Assembly (NCBI GenBank): GCA_028826165.1
Contig: JAPDFW010000087.1
Location: 248,001 to 312,000 of the forward strand
From: Anaeramoeba ignava BMAN
Taxonomy: Eukaryota > Protista > Anaeramoebae
Length of the DNA stretch: 64,000 nucleotides
Direction: 5' to 3'
Positions 1 through 12,288 of this stretch are shown piece after piece. The first letter of the stretch is position 1; each line of letters opens with the position of its first letter. The translations under genes were made by a program, and so were the position numbers. The notes beneath the pieces were generated by a model. It had not been told where the DNA came from and ran no database searches. It worked only from the letters and a program-made list of their open reading frames with translations.

Positions 1-845
1 ATCCTCTTTTTTATATAAGACAAAAAGAACAGGAACAAATCCATGAGATCTTGAATAATCCTGTTAAATTGGCCTTCTTGAAAAAAGCTCTTGGAATGGA
101 AGAAAAAAATCATAAAAATAATAAATCTTCCAAAAAGAAAAAAAGAAAAAAGAAAAATTTAGATCTTTCAAATAAAAAGAATAAAAATAAAAAGAATAAT
201 AAAAAAGATAAGAAACATTCCCATAAACATTCACACGAAAAGAAAAAAACAAAAGAATTGCAAAAAATTAAAGAAAATCATGAAAAAAATCAAAATCAAA
301 AAATCGCAAATAATCAAAATGAACTTTTAAAAGATCAAAAAAAATCTCATTTAGAATCACAAAAAGAAAAAAATCGCAAACAATCAACTTCACATCATCA
401 TCAACATCATATTTCAACACATAAAATTTACTCAAATAATTTTAATAACGAAAAAAATGAATCAAATCAAAATCATTTCAAAAAACCAAATTTAAATTCA
501 AATTTAAATTCAAAAATTAATTCAAAAATAAATGAAGAAGAAAAACAAAAAAAATTAATAGAAATGCAAAAAAATGCAGAAAAATATGAAAAAGAAAGAG
601 AAAATAGAATTAAAAAACATGAAATTTTAATTCAAAATGAAGAAAAAGAATTAGAAAAAAGAAATAAAAATCCTCAATTTTTAAAGTAAGTTAACAAAAA
701 AAAATTTTAAAATTAAAAATTTAAAATTAAAAATTAAAATTTTTTTTTTATTTTAATTAGAAAAATTTCTAATAAAGTTTATAATAATGATTCTATAACT
801 ATTGAAGACAGAATTATTCGAAATAGAGGATATTTGATGAAATAA
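1..845 (+). CDS. CWC25: Pre-mRNA splicing factor CWC25, 3' part (5' end outside window); exons <1-685 and 761-845
   Basis: The frame is open from the window start and reads (D)PLFYIRQKEQEQIHEILNNPVKL, matching the CWC25 motif DPLFxIRxxE...LNNPVK. The C-terminus is EEEKQKKLIEMQKNA...ERENRIK. A GTAAG(686)..TTAG(760) intron joins in frame to KISNKVYNNDSITIEDRIIRNRGYLMK*, matching the CWC25 tail SLEDRVKRN. Confidence 0.85.
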
Positions 846-1252
846 AAAGATTATTATTTTTTTTTTCTTATTATTATTTTTTTTTTGATGAAAGGAAAAA
901 AATTTTTTTTTAAATTTAAAATAAAAAACAAATTCAATTTAATTTTTAATTTTTATTTTTATTTAATTTTTAATTTTTATTTTTTAATTTAATTTAATTT
1001 TTAATGATCAAAATTCATTTTTTGTTAAAAAATCCCCTTAAAAAAAAAATCAAAAAACCAAATAAAATTTTTTTTTTTAAATTTCTTCTTTTTCATTTTT
1101 TTTTTCTTTTTTTTTCTTTCTTAATTTCAATTTTAATTTTAATTTTAATCTTTTTAAAAGACATTTAAAAATTTTCCGGCACAATAATCATTTTTTTTCT
1201 TTCATTTTTTTTTTTAATAACAACAAAAAAAAATAAAACAAAATAAAATAAA

Positions 1253-4200
1253 ATGGATTCAATTAAAATAAATGACACACTTCAAGATCCACAAGAAACC
1301 AACGAGATTGTGAAAATCTATGAACATCCACGTAATACATATGAGATGTTTGTTAATTCTTTCTTTCAAAAAAATTACAAATCAGGAACAAAAGAACATA
1401 TTTTTACACAAGCACAAGAAATGTGGCGAAAGAAGAAAAAAGACAGTAAATTCATTGAGGAATACATGACAGAAGAAATCCGTAAGCACGAACTTGAGCA
1501 AAAATCAAATGAATTTGAAGAAAAAAAAAGGATCAAAAAAAAAAACAAAATGAAGATCAAAAAAGAATTTGTCACTCAACTTTTTCTCAGATTTGTTCCT
1601 GAAACAAAGATAACCCCCGAAATGATCAAGAATCGGAAAGTTGCCAAATCTCTGGAATCATTTGCTACGCACTGGTCTGATTTCGAATCTCTTCTTTTTA
1701 GTTATAGAGAGGGTCTTAAACGTGAACCTCAAAAGGAAACTGTTTTGTCAAAAAGTATCTCAGCCGTTAAAGAAAAAGAGATTGATATTCAACACTCAAT
1801 CCAACAGATTTGTTTCTATTTTGAGGGGAAATCAAAAAAGAAAAATCGAAAACAGAAAAAGAAATTTTTTCAGGATTTTATTTCTTCAATGCAAAAATTT
1901 TCAACTATTGTTTTGAATGCAAAGAAAAGACTTCGTAAAAGAATTTATCGTCAAAAATTGTGTGAAAAAAAACAGAAACAAAAAGTTGAAGATCATAATA
2001 ACACAAAGGATATTCCAATTATCCAAGAAAATCAAAATCAAAATCAAATTCAAAATCAAAATCAAAATCAAAATCAAAATGAAAATCAAAATCAAAATCA
2101 AAATCAAAATCAAAATCTCAAAATCAAAATCAAAATCAAAATAAAAATCAAAATCAAAATCAAAATCAAAATCAAAATCAAAATCAAAATCAAAATCAAA
2201 ATCAAAATCAAATTCAAATTCAAAATCAAAATCAAAATTTAAATCAAAATCAAAATCAAAATCAAAATATAAATGAAAATTTAAATGAAAATTTTAATGA
2301 AGATTTAAATGAAAATTTTAATGAAAATTTAAATGAAGATTTTAATGAAGATTTTAATGAAGATATTTCAAACAAATTTATAAATCAATTCCAAAACCAA
2401 ATACAAGATCAAAATGGAATAATCGAAATTCAAAATAAAATTCAATTTAACCAAAATATAAACCAATTCAATCAAAATCAATTCAATCAAAATCAATTTA
2501 ATCAATTTAATCAGTTTAATCAATTTAATCAATTTAATCAAATCAAAATAATTCACAACCAAATTCAAATTCAAAATCAAAATATAAATCAAAATATAAA
2601 TCAATTTGAAAATATAAATATAAATCAAAATATAAATCAATTTAATCAAAATCAAATAATTCACAACCAAATTCAAATTCAAAATCAAAATATAAATCAA
2701 AATATAAATCAATTTGAAAATATAAATATAAATCAAAATATAAATCAAAATCAAAATATAAATCAAAATCAAAATATAAATCAAAATCAAAATCAAAATA
2801 TAAATCAAAATCAATTTGAAAATATAAATCAAAATCAAAATATAAATCAAAATCAAAATCAAAATCAAAATATAAATCAATTTGAAAATATAAATCAAAA
2901 TCAAAATATAAATCAATTTGAAAATATAAATCAAAATCAAAATCAATTTGAAAATATAAATCAATTTATAAATTTAAATACAGAAAATTTTCTTCAGAAT
3001 ATATTCAATCACAACTTAAAATATAAAAAAGGCAACCAATATCTCAACAATAAAAATTATTTGGAAAATTGGGATAAATGTGAAATTGTTGGATTTAATA
3101 CATTTTCTTGGGATATTGTTGAAGAAAACTTAATCAATTTAATTAACATAGGAAGAGAACTTTTTCCTTTACCTTTATTTTCATTTTTCAGTTTTGTTCA
3201 AGAAATTCAATTATTTTCACTCATTCCAATTTCATATTTTATCAACAGATTTCAAATTCCAGAAGAATTAATTGATCTTTTTGAATTTCAAGTACTCAAA
3301 ATTTGTCCAATTTTTTCTGTTAGAACTAAACAAAATCGATCTTATTTTCTCAACATTTATAAAGTTGATGAAACACCACTTTTTAATCAAAAAAACATTC
3401 AAAATTTGATCTCAAATTCCAATGTTTATATAGAACCAAAAATTTTTGAAAATTCAAATGAAAAAAATATTGCAATTAAAAATTCAAATAAACACGATTA
3501 CTCAAAAAAATTCCGTCATTTCGCTTTACAAACAATCATCCAAAAATCCATATCTTCATTTTCAAATTTACAATCAATTCATAATTTAGATTTTCTTATA
3601 AATTCACTGGAAATCCCAAATGCACAGATGAACAAAAATGAATTTATTGAAAAGGAAATCATTCAACAACAATTAGAAACAATAGAAGAATCAAAAGATA
3701 TTGAAACAAACAAAGAGGATTTCTATGCAGATTCACAAATCCAAAATCTTCTCGAATTTTCTCAACTGCATAACAATGATTGCATTTTAATTACTTATGG
3801 AAATGTTTTTTCTGTTTCAGTAATTGATTCTAAAAATGACAAAAATTCAAAAAAATCCCATCTTTTTGTGGATCAGCACATTCCTGATTTAGATATTAAT
3901 TATTCTCAATTAGAACATTCAAAATTCCTTTTGTTCATGGAACTTCCTCTTGAGAATTCTTCATTTAATCAAGATCAAAATCAAAATCAAAATCAAATTC
4001 AAAATCAAAATCAAAATTATTATTCTTATCCTTTATATCTTGCTCCTTGCAATATAAATATTTCTCCTCAAACAATAGCAACCAGAATCAATAGTCTCAA
4101 AAAAATCATTTTAAAATCTCAAAAACCTATTGTCAATCTTATTGTTGAATCTGGTGATCCAGAATCGGACCCACATTCTCTTCTTACTTTGTTTTATTTT

Positions 4201-4956
4201 GGTCGTCTTTGGAAACAACTTGATCTTGAATTTCTAAACATAATGTCCTATTTCCAAAAAAATCGACCAGATAATTATCAAAATCAACCAAATCATCACA
4301 ATTTCAAAGATCTTCGTTTAAAATCAAAACTTTTAGAACTTTTTGGTTCTGATCTTTCCTTTCTTTTCAATCAAAAAAATCAAGAAAATTCTGGAAAAAC
4401 AACAAACAACTCTTTTCAAAATAAAGAAAATATAAAAAAGGAAATTTTGGATAATCAACGGCTTTACCACGTGGAGTTTTTTTCAAAAGAGGAACAAACA
4501 AAAAAAGAAATGGCAAATAATATTCCCAGTGAATATGATTTGGTTAAGATGTTTTTGACATTGGGATCTGATGAGATCCATGCTGTTCCTCGATTCGAAC
4601 AGATTCAACAAGAATTTCTATTTTATTTTCAACATATTCATATGAATGAAAGATTTCTTTCGTTTGGAAAATGTAACAATTTTAGTTGTCCTCATTGTGA
4701 AAAAAATGGAGTCAATTCTCAAGCAGGAAAATTTCTTTTGGATCATTTTCATGTTTTAATTCCTTCTTCTTCACAAAATCAATTCCCTCAAACTTATGAT
4801 TCTTTTCAGGAAAAATTAAAACAAAAAGATGAAATTATTCGCTCAAATAATTATTCAACTTGCAAATATTCAAATTGCTTTTATTATTCTTTAAAGGAAG
4901 ATGTTATGCAAAAACATGAAGAATTATTTCATATAAAAAATAAATTTATCAATTAA
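1253..4956 (+). CDS. Large protein derived from an inactive DDE (ISAzo13/IS630-like) transposase, with HMG-like N-terminus and C2H2 C-terminus; split by frameshift(s) in the CAAAAT repeat; paralogue of 37974-41909
   Basis: ORF 1253-2242 and ORF 3061-4956 align with the N- and C-terminal halves of the single ORF 37974-41909. Shared blocks: PRNxYExFxN, KKRLRKRIYRQ, FPLxxxxxS..EI...LIP..YxxxRxQI, KPIVxLIVxSGxPExDPxSLL..xYxGRxWxxLxL, FLSFxKC..CxxC, terminal C..C..Y......HE.xFH. The gap between them is NQ-coding microsatellite with no good GT-AG pair. Confidence 0.7.
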
Positions 4957-5026
4957 GTTTTTTTTTTTTTATTTCAATCTTTTTTTCTTTTTCTTTTTAG
5001 AAAATAAATGTTTTTTCTTTTATCTT

Positions 5027-7855
5027 TTATAATTTAAAAATTTCATTCATTTTCAAATTGATTGAATTCAATAAAAACATTATTTTTTGAGTAATTTTTG
5101 AAGATGAAAATTCTTGTTGAAGTTTTTTTAATTGAGAATTTAAGAAAGAAAGTGATTGAATTGCATTTTGTTTTGTTCCAAACACTGAAAAATCAGGATT
5201 AATATTTGGAATTAGAATTTTAAGCCATTGATAAATAAATAAGAATTGTTTTTGATTAGTTAAAGTTTCAGAAAGTCTGAATAAAAAAAGTGGACGCAAC
5301 GAATTTTCCACAAATTTTGAAATGATTTTTTGTTTTGGTTTGATAAGTTTGCACAATTCAACAAGTAAATACGGTGTTTTTGTTATACAATAAGTAAAAA
5401 CATAAAAGTAATTATTTTTGGAAATCAATAACATCTTCAACTCTTCAGATGTTGATAATTGCAAGTCTTGATTTTTATTGGGAAATCCTTGATTGAACTT
5501 TTGGTTTTTCTGTGAATTTTGGTTCAAAAATTTTTCTGTTTGAGAAATAATATTTTGAAATTGATTTTTTTGGAATTGAAGCGATTCCTGAATAAAAAAA
5601 TCGAGTGAGGATTCAATTTTTGTTTTCATTTCTTGAATTTGTTCTTTTTGCTTTCCATTTATTTCCTGGATTTTGCCAAGAAATTGTTGTTTTATTTTTG
5701 TTTCCATTGTCATCAGAATAATTTTCATTGATTCAAGAAGTTTTGAATGTATTTCATTTTCAAATTGTGTGAATATTTGATTGCTTGTTTCTTGGTCATC
5801 AAAGATTTTGGCAATCAATTTGGAATAAACAAGATTGTAAAAATCTTTTTCATGGAGTAATTGTGTGATCATATATTTATTTATACTTGATATAAATTGT
5901 TCTGAATTGATATAATTATTTGTTATTGTTGCTATTTTTTGGAAAATTGCTTGTTGGAATTTCATACAAATTTGAGTGTAATTTTTATCCAAACATTCTG
6001 CAAAGTATTGAAGTGTTGATTGTGTGATATTTTGGGTGTTTTCTTGAGGAGAAGAAAAGATATTTTGGTTTGGAGTGAGGTTTTGAAGTTTTGAAATGAT
6101 GTTTTTTTCAATATTTTGGAAGATTTGATCATTTTGATTTATATTTTGATTTTGATTTAAATTTTGATTTAAATTTTGATTTTGATTTATTAAATTTTGA
6201 TTATTTAGGTTTTCATTTATTTGATTTTGATTTTGATTTTGATTTTGATTTAAATTTAAATTTTGATTTTCATTTATTTGATTTTTTTGATTTTGTTGGA
6301 AAATTGGCATAACTTTGGAAGGCTCATTTTTTATATTATCATCCACATTTTTTGATTCTGGAGGCTTGGCAAATTTACTCGGAATTCCAGAATCTCCCTG
6401 ATTATTTGATGTTGATTCTTTGGAGAATTGAAACAAAGAAGGGAAATTTGGCTTGAAATTTTTATCATTGAAAAATAAAGAATTCTCTTGGAAATCCAAA
6501 TTCGCATCAGGAAGAGTGGCAACAGGAATAACAAACCAATCGAGTATTTGGGGACTGATACGGTATAATATATGGCTATTTTGATCGTCTGTGGAAAGAA
6601 GACATTGCGATATTGGTGGATCGCAGGAATACTCTTGAAAAGTATCAAATTTTTGAGATTGATGATTTAAATGAAAAACAAAAATCCTTCGGGAAGGTTT
6701 AACAACAAGACAAACAAATGGGGTTCCCGCCGTTGTTGTGACGAGAAATGATTTTGGAGATGAAAAATACTCGGGGTTTTTATGCTGTTTGAATTGCATA
6801 TTTTGCTGGAATATTGTTGCCTGAATTGTAAGTGTTTGCGTTATTTTTTTCAACAAAATATTGTATAAATAAATCTTGGATTCCAAATAATTCCCAACTA
6901 AAACTAGTTCTTGGAAAGTTTGCTGACTTTCGAGTGGGATCAGAAAGTCGATTTGTGATACTAAAGATGAAGTGTTATGAGGATAATCCTTTTCATATTT
7001 ATAAACATCCAAAAATCCAGTTTTTGTTGAAACAAGTATTTCTTCATCATTTTGAATAAAAATCATGTCTGTGATTTTCTCGTGTGAATTCAACTGGAAT
7101 TTCCTCACTGATTTTAAAGCTGAAATTTCCACAAACAATGAAGGTGAGGATTTTAAAGGAGAATTTGATGAAGAAATTTCTTTGCGAATATTTTCGATAT
7201 TTAAAATATAAATTGACTCTTGCTTGTCAATCAACCCAACAATTTGACTATTTCTCTGCATCCATATTACTTTTCTGAAATAATTCTTGCTGATTCTATT
7301 GTCAGATTCGCAAGAAATTGTCAAAATTTTTGAAAAATTAAAATTTCCATCGAAATCAACTTGAAGCATAAATAAAATAAATAAAGAATTTCGATCCAAA
7401 ATTGCAAGAAAGTTTTTATTTTGCGAATCGAATTTGAAATCCTGAATAATTGCTGTTTCTGTTGAATATATTTTATGTTTTTCTTTTGGAAAATTTTTTG
7501 CAATTGAAAAAATCGTATTTTGATTTACTAAATAGCACACAAACGTATTATTTGCTGCAATCCTTGTTCCAAAAGTGCATTCCTTGGAAGTGTTGAGTGG
7601 TTGAGATTTGAGCGGAATCGCCCCGAGCGAGGGTGTCAAAATCACTTCTGGTTGCGTTATTTGGTTGATCTGATTTAATCCTTTTGAAAATCCAAAAACT
7701 TTTTTGTCTGTTTCAGTACTTTTTGGAGAAAGTAAATTCTGGATTCCTAACGGTTTATTGAAGAGTAGTTGATGTGTAAAATCTGTATTCATTGTGTTTG
7801 GTGGGGTTGGGGGAATCTTAAAAGGATTTTTAGAAGAAAAATCTTTTTTACTCAT
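5027..7855 (-). CDS. EDC4: Enhancer of mRNA decapping 4 (EDC4/Ge-1/Varicose)-like: WD40 N-terminus, coiled coil, C-terminal helical domain
   Basis: 942-aa intronless ORF. GTRIAANNTFVCY resembles Ge-1/VCS GRQIAVN..YICY; FRKVIW resembles FRRIIW; FDTFQEYSCDPPI resembles VCS MDYLSEF.VTMPI. The C-terminal LVELCKLIKP...LFLFRLSETL...QWL resembles the Ge-1 C-domain. Confidence 0.7.
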   Translation of the reverse strand: MSKKDFSSKNPFKIPPTPPNTMNTDFTHQLLFNKPLGIQNLLSPKSTETDKKVFGFSKGLNQINQITQPEVILTPSLGAIPLKSQPLNTSKECTFGTRIAANNTFVCYLVNQNTIFSIAKNFPKEKHKIYSTETAIIQDFKFDSQNKNFLAILDRNSLFILFMLQVDFDGNFNFSKILTISCESDNRISKNYFRKVIWMQRNSQIVGLIDKQESIYILNIENIRKEISSSNSPLKSSPSLFVEISALKSVRKFQLNSHEKITDMIFIQNDEEILVSTKTGFLDVYKYEKDYPHNTSSLVSQIDFLIPLESQQTFQELVLVGNYLESKIYLYNILLKKITQTLTIQATIFQQNMQFKQHKNPEYFSSPKSFLVTTTAGTPFVCLVVKPSRRIFVFHLNHQSQKFDTFQEYSCDPPISQCLLSTDDQNSHILYRISPQILDWFVIPVATLPDANLDFQENSLFFNDKNFKPNFPSLFQFSKESTSNNQGDSGIPSKFAKPPESKNVDDNIKNEPSKVMPIFQQNQKNQINENQNLNLNQNQNQNQNQINENLNNQNLINQNQNLNQNLNQNQNINQNDQIFQNIEKNIISKLQNLTPNQNIFSSPQENTQNITQSTLQYFAECLDKNYTQICMKFQQAIFQKIATITNNYINSEQFISSINKYMITQLLHEKDFYNLVYSKLIAKIFDDQETSNQIFTQFENEIHSKLLESMKIILMTMETKIKQQFLGKIQEINGKQKEQIQEMKTKIESSLDFFIQESLQFQKNQFQNIISQTEKFLNQNSQKNQKFNQGFPNKNQDLQLSTSEELKMLLISKNNYFYVFTYCITKTPYLLVELCKLIKPKQKIISKFVENSLRPLFLFRLSETLTNQKQFLFIYQWLKILIPNINPDFSVFGTKQNAIQSLSFLNSQLKKLQQEFSSSKITQKIMFLLNSINLKMNEIFKL

Positions 7856-7973
7856 AATTTAACAAATTGAAAAAAAAAAATTTTTTAATTAAAAAAAAAT
7901 GAATAAAAATAAAAAAGAATAAAAAAATTTTTTTCATTTTTTTCTTTCTTAATTAAAAAAGAAACAAAAATAT

Positions 7974-8852
7974 ATGCAAATTGTTCAATTAATTTCGCAA
8001 TTTCTTCATTCAATTTCTTGTCCCAAAACTGCAAAAATTTTTTTAAAAGAATCAAAATTATTTTCAACTGATAAAATTAAAGAAATTGATTTAAATGAAA
8101 AAGCAAAATTATTTTATAAACAATTAAAAAATGAAATTGGATCAAAAAATGAAGAAAAAATCAAACAAACCAAAAAAAAATCTAAAACAAAAAAAGCAAA
8201 AGAAAATTCCAATTTAAATCAAAATCAAAATCAAAATCAAAATCAAAATCAAAATCAAAACAAAATTGAATCAAATCAACAACTTATTAATTCGAATCAA
8301 AAATTGATTGAATCAAATCAAAAATTAATTGAATCAAATCAAAAATCACTAGATTTAAATGAGAAGGAAATTAAATTAAATCCAAAAAGAATTGATTTGA
8401 TAGAAGAAAAGAATGAAATGAAAGAAAAACCGAAAAAAATTGAATCAAAAGAAGAAAATATTGAAATGAATGAAAAATTAAATGAATTAGAAGAAGAATC
8501 AAATGAATCAAATGAATCAATTGATTTAAAAGAAAAATTAAATGAAACAAAAAAAGAATTTAATCAATTAAGAAAACAAAAGAAACCGAATAAAAAAAAC
8601 CAGAAATCAAGATTTTATCGAGTGAATCCAAATAAACTTCCAAAAATGTCAGATCCAAGATTATTAGATAATAGCTATTTAAATAAAGAAGGTGATGAAT
8701 TTGGATATCAAGCTGCTCAACAATTTCACGGAAGACAAGGTCGAGCTTATCGTCAACAAAAATCAAAGAGAAAAAAGGGTGGTTATAGATCTCAAGGCAA
8801 AATTAGTACTGATGTTCATTCCATAAAACTTGGTTCTGATTCTGATGATTAA
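7974..8852 (+). CDS. SRP40: Nucleolar protein SRP40/Nopp140 (NOLC1)-like: LisH N-terminus plus SRP40_C domain
   Basis: The N-terminus IVQLISQFLHSISCPKTAKIFLKE is LisH-like. The C-terminus RFYRVNP..DPRLLDNSY..GDEFGYQA....GRAYRQQKSKRKKGGYR.QGKIST.VHSIKL matches SRP40_C. Confidence 0.85.
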   Translation: MQIVQLISQFLHSISCPKTAKIFLKESKLFSTDKIKEIDLNEKAKLFYKQLKNEIGSKNEEKIKQTKKKSKTKKAKENSNLNQNQNQNQNQNQNQNKIESNQQLINSNQKLIESNQKLIESNQKSLDLNEKEIKLNPKRIDLIEEKNEMKEKPKKIESKEENIEMNEKLNELEEESNESNESIDLKEKLNETKKEFNQLRKQKKPNKKNQKSRFYRVNPNKLPKMSDPRLLDNSYLNKEGDEFGYQAAQQFHGRQGRAYRQQKSKRKKGGYRSQGKISTDVHSIKLGSDSDD

Positions 8853-9139
8853 TTTCTTCTTCTTCTTCTTCTTCTTTTTTTATAGAACTTAAAACTTTTT
8901 CTTTCTCAAATTTTTCTTTCTTTTTCTTTTTCAAATTTAAAATTTAGAACTTATTTTGATATTCTTTAATTGCAGAAGTTCCCAATAAAATATTAAAAAA
9001 AAAAAATACTATATCAAAAAAAAATGTTAAATTGATTAATCTTTGAATTCTAAAATCCAAAAAAAGAGAGAAATAAATAAAAATAAAAATAAAGAAATAA
9101 AGAAATAAAAATAAAGAAATTAGTAATTAATTTTATAAT

Positions 9140-11610
9140 TAATTTTAATATTTTGATTTAATTTGAATATTTTGATTTAATTTAAATATTTTGTATTTAA
9201 TTTAAATATTTGATTTAATTTAAATATTTTGGATTTAATTTAAATATTTTAATTTAATTTTAATATTTTGATTTAATTTAAATATTTTGTATTTAATTTA
9301 AATATTTTGATTTAATTTAAATATTTTGTATTTAATTTTAATATTTTGATTAAATTTAAATATTTTGTATTTAATTTAAATATTTTGTATTTAATTTAAT
9401 TATTTTGATTTAATTTTAATATTTTGATTTAATTTAAATATTTTGATTTAATTTAAATATTTTGTATTTAATTTAAATATTTTGATTTAATTTAAATATT
9501 TTTGTATTTAATTTTAATATTTTGATTAAATTTAAATATTTTGTATTTAATTTAAATATTTTGATTTAATTTAAATATTTTGATTTAATTTAAATATTTT
9601 GATTAAATTTAATATTTGTATTTAATTTAAATATTTTGTATTTAATTTAAATATTTTGATTTAATTTAAATATTTTGATTTAATTTAATTATTTTGTATT
9701 TAATTTAATATTTTGATTTAATTTGAATATTTTAATTTAATTTAAATATTTTGATTTAATTTAAATATTTTGTATTTAATTTAAATATAATATTTTGATT
9801 TAATTTAATATTTGTTTTAATTTAAATATTTTGTATTTAATTTAAATATTTTGATTTAATTTAAATATTTTGATTTAATTTAAATATTTTGATTTAATTT
9901 GAATATTTTTAATTTAATTTAAAATATTTTGATTTAATTTAATATTTTTGATTTAATTTAATTATTTTGATTTAATTTAAATATTTTGATTTAATTTAAA
10001 TATTTTGATTTAATTTAATATTTTGTTTTAATTTAAATATTTTGATTTAATTTAAATATTTTAATTTAATTTGAATATTTTGAATTAATTTAAATATTAT
10101 ATTTAATTTAAATATTTTAATTTAATTTAAATATTTGATTAAATTTAATATTTTAATTTAAATATTTTGATTTAATTTAATATTTTGATTTAATTTAAAT
10201 ATTTTGATTTAATTTAATTATTTTGTATTTAATTTAATATTTTGATTTAATTTAAATATTTTGATTTAATTTAAATATTTTGATTTAATTTTAAAATTTA
10301 ATTTTAATATTTTGATTTAATTTAATATTTAATTTAAATATTTTGTATTTAATTTAAATATTTTTGTATTTAATTTAAATATTTTGATTTAATTTAATAT
10401 TTTGATTTAATTTAAATATTTTGATTTAATTTAAATATTTTGTATTTAATTTAAATATTTTGATTTAATTTAATATTTTGATTTAATTTAATTATTTTAA
10501 ATATTTTGATTTAATTTAAATATTTTGATTTAATTAAATATTTTGATTTAATTTAAATATTTGTTTAATTTAATATTTTGTTTAATTTAAAGTATTTTGA
10601 TTTGATTTAAATATTTTGATTTAATTTAAATATTTTGATTTAATTTAAATATTTTGATTTAATTTAATTATTTTGATTTAATTTAAATATTTTGATTTAA
10701 TTTAAATATTTTGTATTTAATTTAAATATTTTGATTTAATTTAAATATTTTAATTTAATTTAAAATATTTTAATTTAATTTAAATATTTTGATTTAATTT
10801 GAATATTTGATTTAATTTAAATATTTGATTTAATTTAATTATTTTGATTTAATTTAAATATTATATTTAATTTAATTATTTTTGATTTAATTTAAATATT
10901 TTGTATTTAATTTAAATATTTTGGATTTAATTTAAATATTTGTATTTAATTTAATTATTTTGATTTAATTTAAATATTTTTGATTTAAATATTTTGATTT
11001 AATTTACATATTTTGATTTAATTTAAATTTTTGTATTTAATTTAAATATTTTGATTTAATTTAAATTTTTGTATTTAATTTAAATATTTTGATTTAATTT
11101 AAATATTTTGTATTTAATTTAATTTTGATTTAATTTAATTTGAATATTTTGTATTTAATTTAAATATTTTGATTTAATTTAAATATTTGGATTTAATTTA
11201 ATTATTTTAATTTAATTTAAATATTTTGATTTAATTTAAATATTTTGTATTTAATTTAATTATTTTGTATTTAATTTAATTATTTTGATTTAATTTAATT
11301 ATTTTGTATTTAATTTAATTATTTTGATTTAATTTAAATATTTTGATTTAATTTAAATATTTTGATTTAATTTAAATATTTTGATTTAATTTAATATTTT
11401 GATTTAATTTAAATATTTTGTATTTAATTTAAATATTTTGATTTAATTTAAATATTTTGATTTAATTTAAATATTTTGATTTAATTTAAATATTTGATTT
11501 AATTTAATTATTTTGATTTAATTTAATTATTTTGATTTAATTTGAATATTTTGATTTAATTTAATTATTTTGTATTTAATTTAAATATTTAATTTAATTT
11601 AAATTTTGTA
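9140..11610. repeat. ~2.5-kb degenerate tandem array of a ~19-bp unit (TATTTTGATTTAATTTAAA)
   Basis: Directly visible; lies between the converging 3' ends of SRP40 and the claudin-like gene. Confidence 0.95.
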
Positions 11611-11691
11611 TTCGTAAGTGTTCTTTTATTTATATTTTTATTTGTATTTTTGTTTATATTTATTTTTATTAAATTTCATTCTTGAAAATAA

Positions 11692-12288
11692 TCAACCTTT
11701 TCTATGTAAACGAATAGCAATAATATAAGATAAAATAGACAATAAACCAGTACCAATTGCCAAATATACAGACATAGCAATTTTAATTTCTTTTTGATTA
11801 CTAATTTGAGTATCAATATAAATAGGAAACATAGCATTTTTATCATTAAAGATAATCTTATTAACATTATCAGAAACAACGAGATAAGATATAATAGCAA
11901 TCCAGTAAAAAATTGAAGGTAAAATTGCAAAAAGATAAAAAAACTTTCTGAAGAAAACCAAGAAAGAAAAAACAAAAGCGGCAACAAAAGAAGCAATAAC
12001 GCCGCTTGAAACTTGGTATATTTTTTTCCAATCATTCTTAAATTCTGCGCTGACTCGCGCGTGTGTATCCATAGAACGAAGTGAGTATGTTGAATGTTCT
12101 GTATATATTCCATAATATCCATCAAAATTTATTCGATTTATTCCTATTTTTACATACATGTCTGTTATTTTAATTCCTCCGCTTGTTTGTATTATTCCTC
12201 CTACATGCCATTCCATTAGGCAAAGTGATATAACCCCAATTATGCATGGAAATCCATATGCAATTATTATGGGATATCTTTTATTCAT
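11692..12288 (-). CDS. Four-pass membrane protein, claudin/PMP22-like topology
   Basis: 198-aa ORF. TM1 is followed by W and a long loop (..KIGI..), then two adjacent TMs and a final TM (SVYLAIGTGLLSILSYII) with a short basic tail. The family call rests on topology only. Confidence 0.6.
   Translation of the reverse strand: MNKRYPIIIAYGFPCIIGVISLCLMEWHVGGIIQTSGGIKITDMYVKIGINRINFDGYYGIYTEHSTYSLRSMDTHARVSAEFKNDWKKIYQVSSGVIASFVAAFVFSFLVFFRKFFYLFAILPSIFYWIAIISYLVVSDNVNKIIFNDKNAMFPIYIDTQISNQKEIKIAMSVYLAIGTGLLSILSYIIAIRLHRKG

Noticed and set aside
2368-2964. Hydrophobic minus-strand ORFs (also 42748-43276, 57721-58401, 23907-24308)
   Set aside because: Antisense readings of NQ/EK/KQ coding repeats in real genes on the other strand.
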